Origin: Candidatus Bathyarchaeota archaeon | GTDB lineage: Archaea > Thermoproteota > Bathyarchaeia > Bathyarchaeales > Bathycorpusculaceae | Length of the DNA stretch: 64,000 nucleotides | Assembly (NCBI GenBank): GCA_963806535.1 | Contig: CAWDYC010000003.1 | Coordinates: 1-64,000 of the forward strand | Direction: 5' to 3' | In this document: piece after piece, positions 10,304 to 20,143 of the stretch | How the letters are laid out: every line of letters starts with the position of its first letter | Numbering within the stretch: position 1 is the stretch's first letter | The notes under the pieces: model-generated | What the model was told of the DNA's origin: nothing | What the model saw: only the letters and a program-made list of their open reading frames with translations | The model's database searches: none | Translations under genes and position numbers: made by a program

Positions 10304-10657
10304 GTGAATTTTATGAGTAAACCCGATCCGAAGAAGGCAAGTTCTTCAAGAATCTTGGCCGTAGTGGGTCAAGATCGTGGTTTTCACTTTTGCTTTGCAG
10401 ACCAAGATTACTCAATGGTGACAGCCACTAGCCTTTCAGATTTTGTCGAGAAACTGAACGGGATAGATGATAGAGCCATTCTGTTTCATTATCCACGCGG
10501 CGATTTTCAAGCATGGATACGAGAAGTCCTCGGAGACAACGAGCTTGCAAGTAGAATGTGCTTCATAACGACAAACCTTCCGGGAGAAAAACTCAGAAAG
10601 GAAATGCTAAGAATCGTGCAACAACGCATCAAGGAACTTACAGCCATACCTTTGTAA
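10304..10657 (+). CDS. DUF5752-like protein
   Basis: FHF...ATSLSDF...FH..RGDFQAWIREVLGDNELA pattern. Confidence 0.7.
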   Translation: MNFMSKPDPKKASSSRILAVVGQDRGFHFCFADQDYSMVTATSLSDFVEKLNGIDDRAILFHYPRGDFQAWIREVLGDNELASRMCFITTNLPGEKLRKEMLRIVQQRIKELTAIPL

Positions 10658-11190
10658 TGAGACTCAAAAGATCGGAAGAGCAGACAAAGCAATTTCGCCC
10701 ATGAACTTCAACACCAAATTTCGGGACAAGGCAGCGCGGTGTTTACCCTATATAGATGTGTTCATTTGTACTTTTCTTTTTTACAGCACTATATTTTCGG
10801 AAAAAATTCTGCAAACAACTCCAGAAGCTGCTTCTCAACTTCTTGAAAGCAAGCACCCGCGTGAAATTTTAATCCAACTAACGGTGTTTTTAATTAAAGT
10901 TAGCTGGTTTTAGAAACAGCTTTTTGACCGAATAGCCCCACATTTTTACACAAACAATTAGCAACGTCTCATTTTGATAAATCGGTTTCGTCTCAATGCA
11001 TCAACAAGAGCATTTATTATTAGTTGTCATTTTTAATCAGAATACCTGATATTTGGCGGTCTTTGCCAGTTTAGGTATTTCTACGCTATTCAGATTTAAA
11101 ATTTTTTACTTAACAAAAAACCAAAAACGTACAAGAGACAGGAGCTATACTTGCTTAAAAAAGAAACAATTTTGATGCAAAGTTCTTACA

Positions 11191-11382
11191 TCATCTTGCA
11201 AGAACTCTCTTTACAACTGGCGGTTTCGTCTTCTTTAAAACTCTGTATCCACATACGATACATTTGATTAAACCGTTTCTCTCCTCTATGTTCTCGCCCA
11301 TCGTGGTTGCTCCGCACCGAAGACACTCGTAAGTTTGATTGCTTCCCCAATTGCTACGTGGACCCCTAGTAGATTCGAACAT
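11191..11382 (-). CDS. rpo12: Rpo12-like, copy 2 (protein identical to copy 1)
   Basis: Translation identical to 3568-3759. Confidence 0.85.
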   Translation of the reverse strand: MFESTRGPRSNWGSNQTYECLRCGATTMGENIEERNGLIKCIVCGYRVLKKTKPPVVKRVLAR

Positions 11383-11421
11383 GTAAAAATTTCCATTTTT
11401 TTCATATCATTGCTTTAGCAA

Positions 11422-11556
11422 TTATTTACAATACTTCTTATGCCTACCTTTTTTATATTCCCCCATGCCACAATCAAGACATTTAACGACATCTTCATCT
11501 TCTTCAAGGCGCGTGCTACCACAATAAGAGCACCTTGGACATAAAACGTTATTCAA
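11422..11556 (-). CDS. Small Zn-ribbon protein, copy 2
   Basis: LNNVLCPRCSYCGSTRLEEDEDVVKCLDCGMGEYKK..., two amino-acid changes versus copy 1. Confidence 0.6.
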   Translation of the reverse strand: MNNVLCPRCSYCGSTRLEEDEDVVKCLDCGMGEYKKGRHKKYCK

Positions 11557-11630
11557 GTTTTTCACAGGTTGTTTATTCTCCTTACTTATATTTTATTTAC
11601 CTCATTTTGGTGTTCGGCTATTTCTCCTTC

Positions 11631-11837
11631 CTATCTTTTGGCAAGTGCTATGCGATAGTTTTCATATATGTCTGCTTGGGTAAGCCCGTAAAACTCTGCG
11701 CATCCCTGCACGCGTGCTTTCTTGTTTTCAAGGCATTCAGTATTAATACAGATGTACTCGCCGCAAACACCCTCTATTCGCTTAAGAATTTTATCGCAAG
11801 CAGGGCATTTCATAGTTACACCCAGGTTTACTCCCAT
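11631..11837 (-). CDS. Small Zn-ribbon protein (CPAC...CINTEC)
   Basis: ORF track; Cys pairs. Confidence 0.5.
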   Translation of the reverse strand: MGVNLGVTMKCPACDKILKRIEGVCGEYICINTECLENKKARVQGCAEFYGLTQADIYENYRIALAKR

Positions 11838-12185
11838 TCAAAGTCATGTTGCCACGTCCCCATATAGCAATTCACCAAAGTAATCGTTTTCACTCATGAA
11901 CTCTTTCAGTTGGACTTTCTCCTCTTTAACTACTGCCACACAATCTGTCTACTGGAGCACTCTGCGGTATAATGTCTTCGACGTTGTTAAGATGTCCTTT
12001 TGTTCCAATGCTTAATTGCCTTTCCCCCTAAACATAGAAGCTCGCGCGTTTATAAGAGTTCGAGCCGTACTTATAATACGGCAGCGTTTAGCGGTTTCGT
12101 GGCATCAAGTCCTCTTTATCCATGAATTCACGAAGTTATGAGAAGAGCTGCTAGATTCTGCTTTTAGGAGAAGGATGAAAAATAC

Positions 12186-12869
12186 ATGATTAAAGGAGGT
12201 GAAAAAAAAGTGTTGAGATTTAAGTATCCCATCGAATACGAATTGAACCCTACGGAGATATACAAAGGAGTGCAATGGCTAACATTGAGACTGAAAAACG
12301 CAGGAAATGAAACTCTTAAAAGACTTGACGTGGAATTGCACTCTCTAGACACCTTTCCCCTTACCCCTCTATTTCTTCCCTATGGAACAGGACACTACAT
12401 CGGAGAGCTTAAGCCAAATGAAGAAAGAGAAGAGGCTTTCCGAGTCAACGCAACCGGAGCAGCTGATGTATACGTCACTATCATCGCGCGTAAGGGTGGA
12501 GAAAACTTCTGGTGGGAATCCGGTTTTACGCATATCTCTGTAAGCGAGGAGAAAGCAGAACTTGAACGTCTAGTAGTGCTTTCACACCCGTATACGACAA
12601 TTGGAAAGACCCTCTCGGTCGAGGCAACCATTAAGGGCTTGAGAAAAGGTACGGGACTGAAACTGGAATTCTGGGTGGAAACCCCCTCAGGAAAGTTTGA
12701 AGAGCAAGCCAAAATAAATATAAAAGAACTTTCAGCTGGAGAGGAAGCCCGCTACACCGCTGAGTTCACACCCCATGAAAGAGGGCACTACAGCGTACAC
12801 GCATATTTATCAGATGAATGGATAAGAATTGGTCACAAAACAGATTTCGTTTTTGCACAGGAAGAGTAA
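12186..12869 (+). CDS. Hypothetical protein with two Ig-like/CARDB-like beta-sandwich segments
   Basis: LRLKNAG...GELKPNEE and KELSAGEE motifs typical of CARDB-like domains. Confidence 0.6.
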   Translation: MIKGGEKKVLRFKYPIEYELNPTEIYKGVQWLTLRLKNAGNETLKRLDVELHSLDTFPLTPLFLPYGTGHYIGELKPNEEREEAFRVNATGAADVYVTIIARKGGENFWWESGFTHISVSEEKAELERLVVLSHPYTTIGKTLSVEATIKGLRKGTGLKLEFWVETPSGKFEEQAKINIKELSAGEEARYTAEFTPHERGHYSVHAYLSDEWIRIGHKTDFVFAQEE

Positions 12870-14018
12870 CAGTAGCCAACGGGGACTTTAAAGCGCACCG
12901 CGCTATGGACTTGGCACTATTTCTCCTCTAAAGACATGGTAGCACCTGTCTGAGCAGAAGCCTTGAAAATCATTGTCTGGCATGAATAGTTTTCCACAAC
13001 TTTTACACTTTTGCTTAGCCTTTTTCTGCGTTCACTTCTTCCCCTAATCAGCAATTATCTTTTGACTGGTTATATTAAGTATAAGGTGAAGGTTAGTGCG
13101 GGTGCGAGTTATATACATCAGCATTATAATGGGGGCTCTTAGTCCCGCAGGTTCCACAGAATTTTCTCCGTTATGTCTATAGGTTTCTTGCATTTTTCGC
13201 AATCGTACGTAATTGCGTGCCACAATTCGCGAAGTATTTCTTATCCATGCTAATTGTTCCATATGAGCACCGAACCATACTCCACAAACTCTATTGTTAG
13301 TATTTGCCCGCGTCTTCTAAGTTATTCTACATGTCAACTAATGTTAAGACTCAATGTAGATACTACCAAAGAAACTACTCAGAAAAGTTAGGGCGCAAAC
13401 AATCGGGAAATTTTCTAGCTTTTTTGGTTGGAACATTGATGGCAATAAAAAAGCTTCGTTAGTTTCTTGGGTTTGGGTTGGATTAAATTTTAATCCAACC
13501 AACGAAAACGACCTCAAAAATGGCTCTTGAACGGACTTCCAGCCCAGTATACACGATTTAGACCACACTGGTATGGATAGATTCAGATGACAGGGAGTAA
13601 TAATTCAAGTCAATAGGGGCAAGAGTATTGTCGGAATCGAGTATACTCCCTATTGCCTGTATTCAGGTATTGTTGCCTGTTTCATGGCGCACTCTTTTTC
13701 ATAATGAATACGGATGCGCTACAAAGCTTTCAAACGTTATAGTGCAGTCTAAAAAATTAGGCTTTTATTTTTCATCCTTCAAAACGAACTTGTAACATTC
13801 ACATTTAGGTTTAGTACATACTCTATTTAAAAAATACGAATGCTCACTTTTGAGATGCTCACACGTGCACATTTCATCTTTAGTTTTAGCTTTATTCATC
13901 AGGATTTTTCCTTGTTAAATATACGACTTTAAGCTTCAAAAAGTTTTAGGTGTGGTTCAAATTAAATTTTAATAAGATAAGAATAAAGATAAGGAGATAT
14001 TCGGAACGTACCGAATAA

Positions 14019-14498
14019 CTACTTAATGATATATGATATGTCATTTCCGCCAGGCAAATTGTCATGTCTCCAAATTATATCGCGTGTTTGGAAGCTCCAA
14101 ATATGATTTTGATTAGCAACAGCATGATGTACCATTTCAATTACGGTTTCCTCAACTTTTACAACGGGCATAATGTGCCACCCATTGCCACTCCCTAAAG
14201 CTAAAGACATCAAACAAGGGGTTTGCTCGTTAATTAATTGCTTAATACGCTCCACTTTGTCATCACCATTAGCAAAAGTTTCCACCTGAATTTTTATAAA
14301 AGGGTAAGTTTGCACAATCTTCGCTGCAATATTAGTGAAGCTATTGGCTTGACCAAGGTCAAAGTCTTCTTGAAAAGTGCTAAGATTAACCCCTTGGATA
14401 TTCAGGTATCGGATTAACCACTCATAGCCCGTGGGAATGCATCCTGTTTCATGACGCTGAGTAACTGTGAAACTATTCCAATTTGCTAACGTTGGCAT
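14019..14498 (-). CDS. Papain-like/C39-like cysteine peptidase domain protein
   Basis: N-terminal Q-x5-C (TQRHETGC) and GWHIMPV His strand; family assignment is inferred from motifs only. Confidence 0.55.
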   Translation of the reverse strand: MPTLANWNSFTVTQRHETGCIPTGYEWLIRYLNIQGVNLSTFQEDFDLGQANSFTNIAAKIVQTYPFIKIQVETFANGDDKVERIKQLINEQTPCLMSLALGSGNGWHIMPVVKVEETVIEMVHHAVANQNHIWSFQTRDIIWRHDNLPGGNDISYIIK

Positions 14499-15696
14499 GT
14501 AGATTCCAATTTTTTATCTTACAACTGAAGGAAGTCCATTCATGTTTAAAGTGGTTTAAGAGTTTTTCCATAAAACAGATAGTGTGTGGGATTAAATTTT
14601 AATATCAAACCTTTAGTCATTGGTGACGTCCTAACAGTAAATTCAGAGAAAAGGAAACATCAACTATTTACTATGATTAGTTAGTTTTTGGGTGTCTCTC
14701 CATTTGAAATGGGTAAAAAAGTCTCAACTCTTTTGTTGGCGTTTTGATTTTTCTTCTGGACCTCTTTGAGTCTATATTTGAAGTCTTCTTTGGGTGTTAA
14801 CCTATTTTTTTTCGATTTTTTCGTTGTCATTCTTTTCTACCTCTAAAAATTTTTTGATTAGAAGAATTTGATTTCTTATCGGGCATGGAAACATTGTTTC
14901 CATTAATCCCCTATCTGATGCGGTAGTGTATAAGCAGTTTTCGGTTCTTTTTGATTTTGGTAAAAAAAACGTCAAGCAGGCAGTACATAATCATTAGTTT
15001 TCTTTCTATGCTTTGCAGATTTAATATTTTTGAACATGGACCTTATGTTAAGAAAGAGGCTTTAGCTTTCTTTATGTGTTCTAATCTTTCCACCAGCAAT
15101 CAGGTCTTTTTATTTCGGTTTCTTGAAGCTCAACTTTTCCATCTTTAACAACTATGGCATCAACTTTGCCAAAAAACTCTATAAAGCCAATCACTTTATT
15201 TTTTTCGGTCACAATTATCCTCTATCAATTTTGGTTTTTGCGCTTTTTTTCCAATTCTCCAATTTCTTCGTCAATTATATTTTATTCTTGTAAGTTTACC
15301 TTTCTTCTGACTTTTTTAGGCCATTTCTCTGCTAAGCAGATTTACGATTTCTTGCCACCAATGTTTTTCGGCTCAATAAAGAGAACACTGTCATTATGCA
15401 TTAATTCGCAAACCTTATTTAAACCATATTTTTCAACTTTCACTTCATAAGAGCCCATTGCAAGGTCATCAGTTACGTTACTATTAATATTTTATTCATC
15501 GAGAGAGCAAACCTTTTTGAAAAGCCCCATTTTTGAGATTTTTAGCCCATTGTTGGAGCGTTATTGGTGCCTTTCTAACCTGAAAACCTACTTTAACGTT
15601 AAATTATTGATCGGTTTATTTTGAAAATTAACTGCTCTGGCAACAAGCATGTAAGTTTTTTTCTGAAACGGGGTCAAATTTTGCAGGTTAAACTCG

Positions 15697-15993
15697 TTAT
15701 GGGATATACTCTTCGACAAGTTTCTCTGCTTGTTCTTTAGACAGATAGTCTGACAGATATAGCTGAAAGAGTTCTCTTAGAACATTTCTTCGTAGTTCTT
15801 TGTTCTTTTCATTATTTGAAGCATCATTAATGGAACTGTACTGGTTGTTAATCGCGCTATTTGGGTTGTTGATGTCGTAATTTGGATTGTTGATGTCACT
15901 GTTTGGCTTATTTAGGTAGCTGTTGGGATCAGTGTTTTGAGTTTGCAAATCTTTGACAATTCGTCTGAAAAGCGAACCTATTGTAGCAGGCAT
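15697..15993 (-). CDS. Small protein with Asn-rich 7-aa repeats
   Basis: PNSYLNK/PNSDINN/PNYDINN/PNSAINN/QYSSIND; GGAGTGA RBS-like sequence upstream. Confidence 0.6.
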   Translation of the reverse strand: MPATIGSLFRRIVKDLQTQNTDPNSYLNKPNSDINNPNYDINNPNSAINNQYSSINDASNNEKNKELRRNVLRELFQLYLSDYLSKEQAEKLVEEYIP

Positions 15994-16402
15994 AAAATCA
16001 CTCCTTGAACTGCTTTATTTCTAAATCAAAGCAGTTTATTAGTTTATCAGCTGACACAAGCCTAATAATCAAACTCAATCTCTTTTCCTCGCTGCTTTAT
16101 CTCTTGCATAGTTCTCGACGGTTCCCACAATTCTTTATTATATTCTAACATCCTTTTATCTACACAGTAAAGTTCTAATTACGCCATCTTGAAAAGGCAT
16201 CCACTTATCAAGTTTAACACTATCCGGATTTGAGCTGGGGTATAGAGCGCAAGTCCACTAGGCGCTCGTAGTGAATGCTGGGATGACGAGCTAACAGAAG
16301 AGATTGTTTTGGGTATGGCTTAATTCAGAATTGAACCTGTCACTTGTACTGCAGGTTAAAGTCGTGAAAACCTTAAATCATACATTGTGTCTTACGTAAC
16401 GT

Positions 16403-16627
16403 ATGACGATGAAGACGGTTAGCGTAAGAATATCCGACGAAGAAAAGCGCCAATTAAAGAAGTATGGCAGATTATCAGACACCCTAAGGGAAGGCATGAA
16501 ACTCTACCTAAACAAAAAGAAATCCGACGAGTTGCTATGCAAACTGGAAAAAATGCAATCTGAAAGCGAAATAAAAACCTCAATTGAGGAAGAAGTGAAG
16601 CTGATTCGAGAGGATAGAGAACGCTGA
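16403..16627 (+). CDS. vapB: Ribbon-helix-helix antitoxin (VapB-like)
   Basis: TVSVRISDE beta strand, C-terminal LIREDRE; overlaps the downstream PIN gene. Confidence 0.8.
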   Translation: MTMKTVSVRISDEEKRQLKKYGRLSDTLREGMKLYLNKKKSDELLCKLEKMQSESEIKTSIEEEVKLIREDRER

Positions 16628-17001
16628 TAGTTGCCGACAGCAGTTTCATAGTTGAAGGCCTCCTTAAGAAAAAAGAATTACTTGCAAATGACCAGATTGT
16701 GGCTCCTGAGTTAGTTGCCTACGAAGTCACAAACGCCATTTGGAAGCATGAACATCTTTTGAAGGACTTAGAAAACGGTAAACCATACATATCGATTTTC
16801 TACGGTCTAATAGAAGCTGGGAAAATAAGGATCCTAACTCCAAACGAAGAGTTGATGCAGAAATCATATTTGATTGCAAAAAGGCAAGGAATTACAATAT
16901 ACGACGCAGTTTTCGTTTCGCTGGCAATTAAATTAGGACTGCCCTTAAAAAGCTACGATAGAGTTCAAATTCGAGCTCTAGAATCTGAGAATAGCCGCTG
17001 A
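16624..17001 (+). CDS. vapC: PIN-domain toxin (VapC)
   Basis: Frame extends to an overlapping CTG start: IVADSS...APELVAYEVTNAIWK...ITIYDAVFVSLA...SYD. Confidence 0.85.
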   Translation: MIVADSSFIVEGLLKKKELLANDQIVAPELVAYEVTNAIWKHEHLLKDLENGKPYISIFYGLIEAGKIRILTPNEELMQKSYLIAKRQGITIYDAVFVSLAIKLGLPLKSYDRVQIRALESENSR

Positions 17002-17112
17002 AAACTTGCCGCCTTCACTGATACGGCTAAATGCACAGAAGTAGTATTTTTAGCTGATTCAGTAATTATTTATATGGTAGTACCTGTATTCATTACTTGA
17101 GAGAATATTAAG

Positions 17113-17340
17113 TTGCAGAAAACAGTAAAAGTTACCAGAAAAGGACAAACAACTATACCTGCCAGAATCAGAGAAGAACTGGGAATAAAAGAGGGAGACG
17201 ACTTGTCAGTCGAAGCTGTTGACCAAGCAGTGATCTTCAAACGCATACCCAAAATAGAGGATTGTGCAGGAATCTTTGCCGGTCACGCAGACGTGACAGA
17301 AATGAAAAAGGAAATCGACAAGCTTCGAGAGGAATACTAA
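17113..17340 (+). CDS. AbrB/MazE/SpoVT antitoxin
   Basis: VTRKGQTTIPARIREELGIKEGD. Confidence 0.9.
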   Translation: MQKTVKVTRKGQTTIPARIREELGIKEGDDLSVEAVDQAVIFKRIPKIEDCAGIFAGHADVTEMKKEIDKLREEY

Positions 17341-17343
17341 TCG

Positions 17344-17742
17344 TTGAAGCAAGTGCTTGACAGTCGATTCTTTGTGGAATACTACTATTCCCAAGACCCG
17401 ATCATTCGACAGAAAGTCAATCAGAAAATTAAAGAGCTAACCAAAAATAGTAGCGGCATAATACCAACCATTGTTGTTTGTGAAACAATTCAGCTGATCT
17501 GCTCACGAGAGGGCAAGCAAAAAGCAGAAATGATCTACCTATCAATCATTTCAAGTGGAATAAGAATCGAAAGTCTAAGCCCTTCAATTGCGAAAGAAGC
17601 AGGCATACTAAAAAGCGTATACAAACACATTCCAGTCGGCGACTGCATCATCGCCGCCACAGCAATCAGAAACCAAGCGAGAATACTCTCAGACGATTCG
17701 CACTTCGATGCAATAGAAGAAACAAAACGAATATGGCTTTAG
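17344..17742 (+). CDS. vapC: PIN-domain toxin (VapC)
   Basis: VLDS...E...GDCIIAATA...SDDSHF acidic PIN motifs. Confidence 0.9.
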   Translation: MKQVLDSRFFVEYYYSQDPIIRQKVNQKIKELTKNSSGIIPTIVVCETIQLICSREGKQKAEMIYLSIISSGIRIESLSPSIAKEAGILKSVYKHIPVGDCIIAATAIRNQARILSDDSHFDAIEETKRIWL

Positions 17743-18189
17743 AAGCTAAAGCTTAACAAAGAGACATCTTTCAGGTCATGTTCACACCCTTGAGCTGAAG
17801 AAAAAAAAGGAATTTAGAGTTGGCTGAAGAATTGGAGCAGTTTAGGGCATGGCTTGATTCAGAAGAGCAGAGACAATTCGGCATAAAATACGCAGAACAT
17901 GAAGCAGCCCGTTTCGAGACCGATAAATAGAAAACCAGTGTAACCAAGTGTGCTCCCCTTATTACTCACAATTAAGTAATGAAAAAAACACAAAAAGTCT
18001 ATCCTGTACATCGAAAATGATCGTCGATGGGATTTTAGGAAAGATTTTAATAATTTGTTAGTTTAGGGACATTTAAGATGGTTTTCTTTTTCGGTGGGTA
18101 AATGAGCAAGAAACAATCTAAGAAGCTTAATGTGCTTGTGAATAAAAGCCAGCCTTCTGAGCAAATGCTGCCGCGAAGAGCTTGCTCAA

Positions 18190-19531
18190 TTGATTCTTTC
18201 GCCGTTTGTCCACCTGTTCAATATTGATGAATCGACGAAGTGTCTTTTCAATTCTTTAACTCTAAAGAAAGTATACTTAACCAACAAAAAGTACGAAAAG
18301 GTTTTAGCAGATCTAAGTAAAGGCGAGCGCAGTAAGGACGTCAAAGAGTTAATTGAACTAAAATTTGTGGTGCCTCAGGGGTTTGATGAGGAAAAAGTGT
18401 TTGATACTGTTGCAAGCAGCTTGCTTAGAAAAAAACCACAAACCAACCTTGCCTACATTTTGGTGACTGACTTCTGCAATTTCAGATGCGGCTACTGCTT
18501 TATCGAAAACAATCTAAAAGGACCAAGTACCGCGATGTCTAAGGATTTGGCTGACAAAGTCATAAACGTCCTAATCAACGAGGCAAAGCAAGTTCCAGAA
18601 TTCAGGGTCACATTTTATGGGGGAGAGCCGTTTAGCAATAGCGAAATTGTTTTCTACATTATTGAGAAGCTTGAACAGGCATCTAAGAAATTCTTGTTTT
18701 CCTGCGTCACAAATGGAAGCCTAATAACCGAAGACATAGCTAAAAAACTTAAACAACACAACGTTGCCGTAGGATTATCGCTTGACGGATGGGCTAACAT
18801 TGACAAAAACCGTGTTTTCACTGATGGAAAAGAAACCTTTTACTCAGCACTCAAAGCCTTAGCTATTCTAAAAGAAGCAGGCGTAAACACAGGAATATCG
18901 TGCACAATCACAAAACAGAACTATGAGCACGCAGAAGAAATAGTAGAATTTATCCAGAAACTGGGAGTCAGAACCATAGGCTTCAACTTGTTGACCAGAC
19001 TTAAAGAGCCAAGCAAATTTGAGGTGCCTGATCCCAAAACAACTTGCCCATCATCTTTTTGCAGCTTACTTAAAAGCAAAAGAATTGCACATGTTTGAAG
19101 ATCGCATTGATAATCGGCGAGCAAATTATTTTTTCAAAGAAATATTTCATATTTACGATTGCCCCGCGTTTGGTCAACTACTATTTTTTTCGCCAACCGG
19201 AACAGTAGGACCTTGCCACGCGTTCTATCCGTCGGGGAAATATCAAATTCCAATCAAAGAGGATTTGAAAATTCAAGAAGAACCATTGTTTTACAAATGG
19301 CTGGAAATAGGCACTCTAAAAAATAAAGACTGTATGAGGTGTCCTGCGATTGGAATTTGCGGTGGAGGATGCGCTTACGATATCTATGTTAAAACTGGTC
19401 AACTTGGCATAAAAGAAGACTACTTCTGCACTTTTCAAAATGAAATACTAAAGCTCCTAATTTCATACAATTTCCTGCTGGAATCTCAAAATAAACATTG
19501 CAAAAACCAAAAGTTGAAGAATTTGTCCTAA
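18190..19531 (+). CDS. Radical SAM/SPASM peptide maturase-like enzyme (+1 frameshift near 19035-19040, likely a sequencing error)
   Basis: CNFRCGYC, YGGEP, SLDG in 18190-19098. The SPASM Cys array (CPAFG, GPCH, CMRCPAIGICGGGC, C) lies in the overlapping 19019-19531 frame. ~80-aa N-terminal extension. Confidence 0.9.
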
Positions 19532-19598
19532 TAATCCAGCCCCAGATTTACTTTACAATAAACATTAAATAAAACGACTTAATACATCAATGTAGTGA

Positions 19599-20021
19599 TT
19601 GTTTTTGTCAAAAAATAAATCTACACCTAACTCTTCCTCAAAAAAACCAACTACTGCTCCATCAGCAAAAAAATTGACTCCAGCACAAAAGAAACGTTTA
19701 CAGAAAACTTTGGCAAAAATGCCACCTATTGAAAAACTGGATCCTAAAATGTATGCAAAACTGCAGTCAACAATACGTGATGCCGTAGCAAAAACTTTAC
19801 CGGAATATCAGCAATGGGTAAATTCTTCATTGATAGCAGCCGATGATTGCCCGACAGAACTCTGTAGTTCATGCGGCAACCAATGTCCAGCAGAATTGTG
19901 CAGTGCATGCAGCAACCAATGTCCCACACCAATTAAAAGCATTGATGACATTGTCGTGAATGCTGTCAACGAGGCTATGATGGGAGCAATTCGTCAAGCT
20001 TTGAAAGAGCAGTTCAAATAA
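19599..20021 (+). CDS. Candidate RiPP precursor A with internal 7-Cys repeat core
   Basis: DDCPTELCSSCGNQCPAELCSACSNQCPTP between helical segments; paralogue of 21829-22230; lies between two radical SAM genes. Confidence 0.75.
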   Translation: MFLSKNKSTPNSSSKKPTTAPSAKKLTPAQKKRLQKTLAKMPPIEKLDPKMYAKLQSTIRDAVAKTLPEYQQWVNSSLIAADDCPTELCSSCGNQCPAELCSACSNQCPTPIKSIDDIVVNAVNEAMMGAIRQALKEQFK

Positions 20022-20143
20022 GAAGCAGCTTTGCGGTTCAGAAACCGAACGCTATCAACTGAAAAATAGTTCGCCTATTTACGCCATAAAGGTAGTAGCA
20101 TACCATAAAAACCAATGCCTATAGACAGTTCAGATGATCTAAA

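Larger units (their letters stand above)
11123..11563. repeat. Direct repeat copy 2 (partner 3500-3940)
   Basis: Direct sequence match. Confidence 0.95.

Noticed and set aside
14951-15530. Phe-rich plus-strand ORFs
   Set aside because: They look like antisense shadows of a decayed, stop-containing Lys/Glu-rich minus-strand sequence; no product can be supported
16244-16322. Hairpin gagcgc/gcgctc with a possible cacta/tagtg pseudoknot and a C-box-like ATGACGA
   Set aside because: Too short, no matching D box or known riboswitch consensus; could be chance or a gene remnant
19019-19098. Programmed frameshift or a real split between the rSAM and SPASM domains
   Set aside because: Similar one-base breaks occur throughout the window, so sequencing error is more parsimonious
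19848-19931. Cys cores as ferredoxin or heme-binding motifs
   Set aside because: The spacing is not CxxCxxCxxxC and there is no CxxCH; simple Zn binding remains possible
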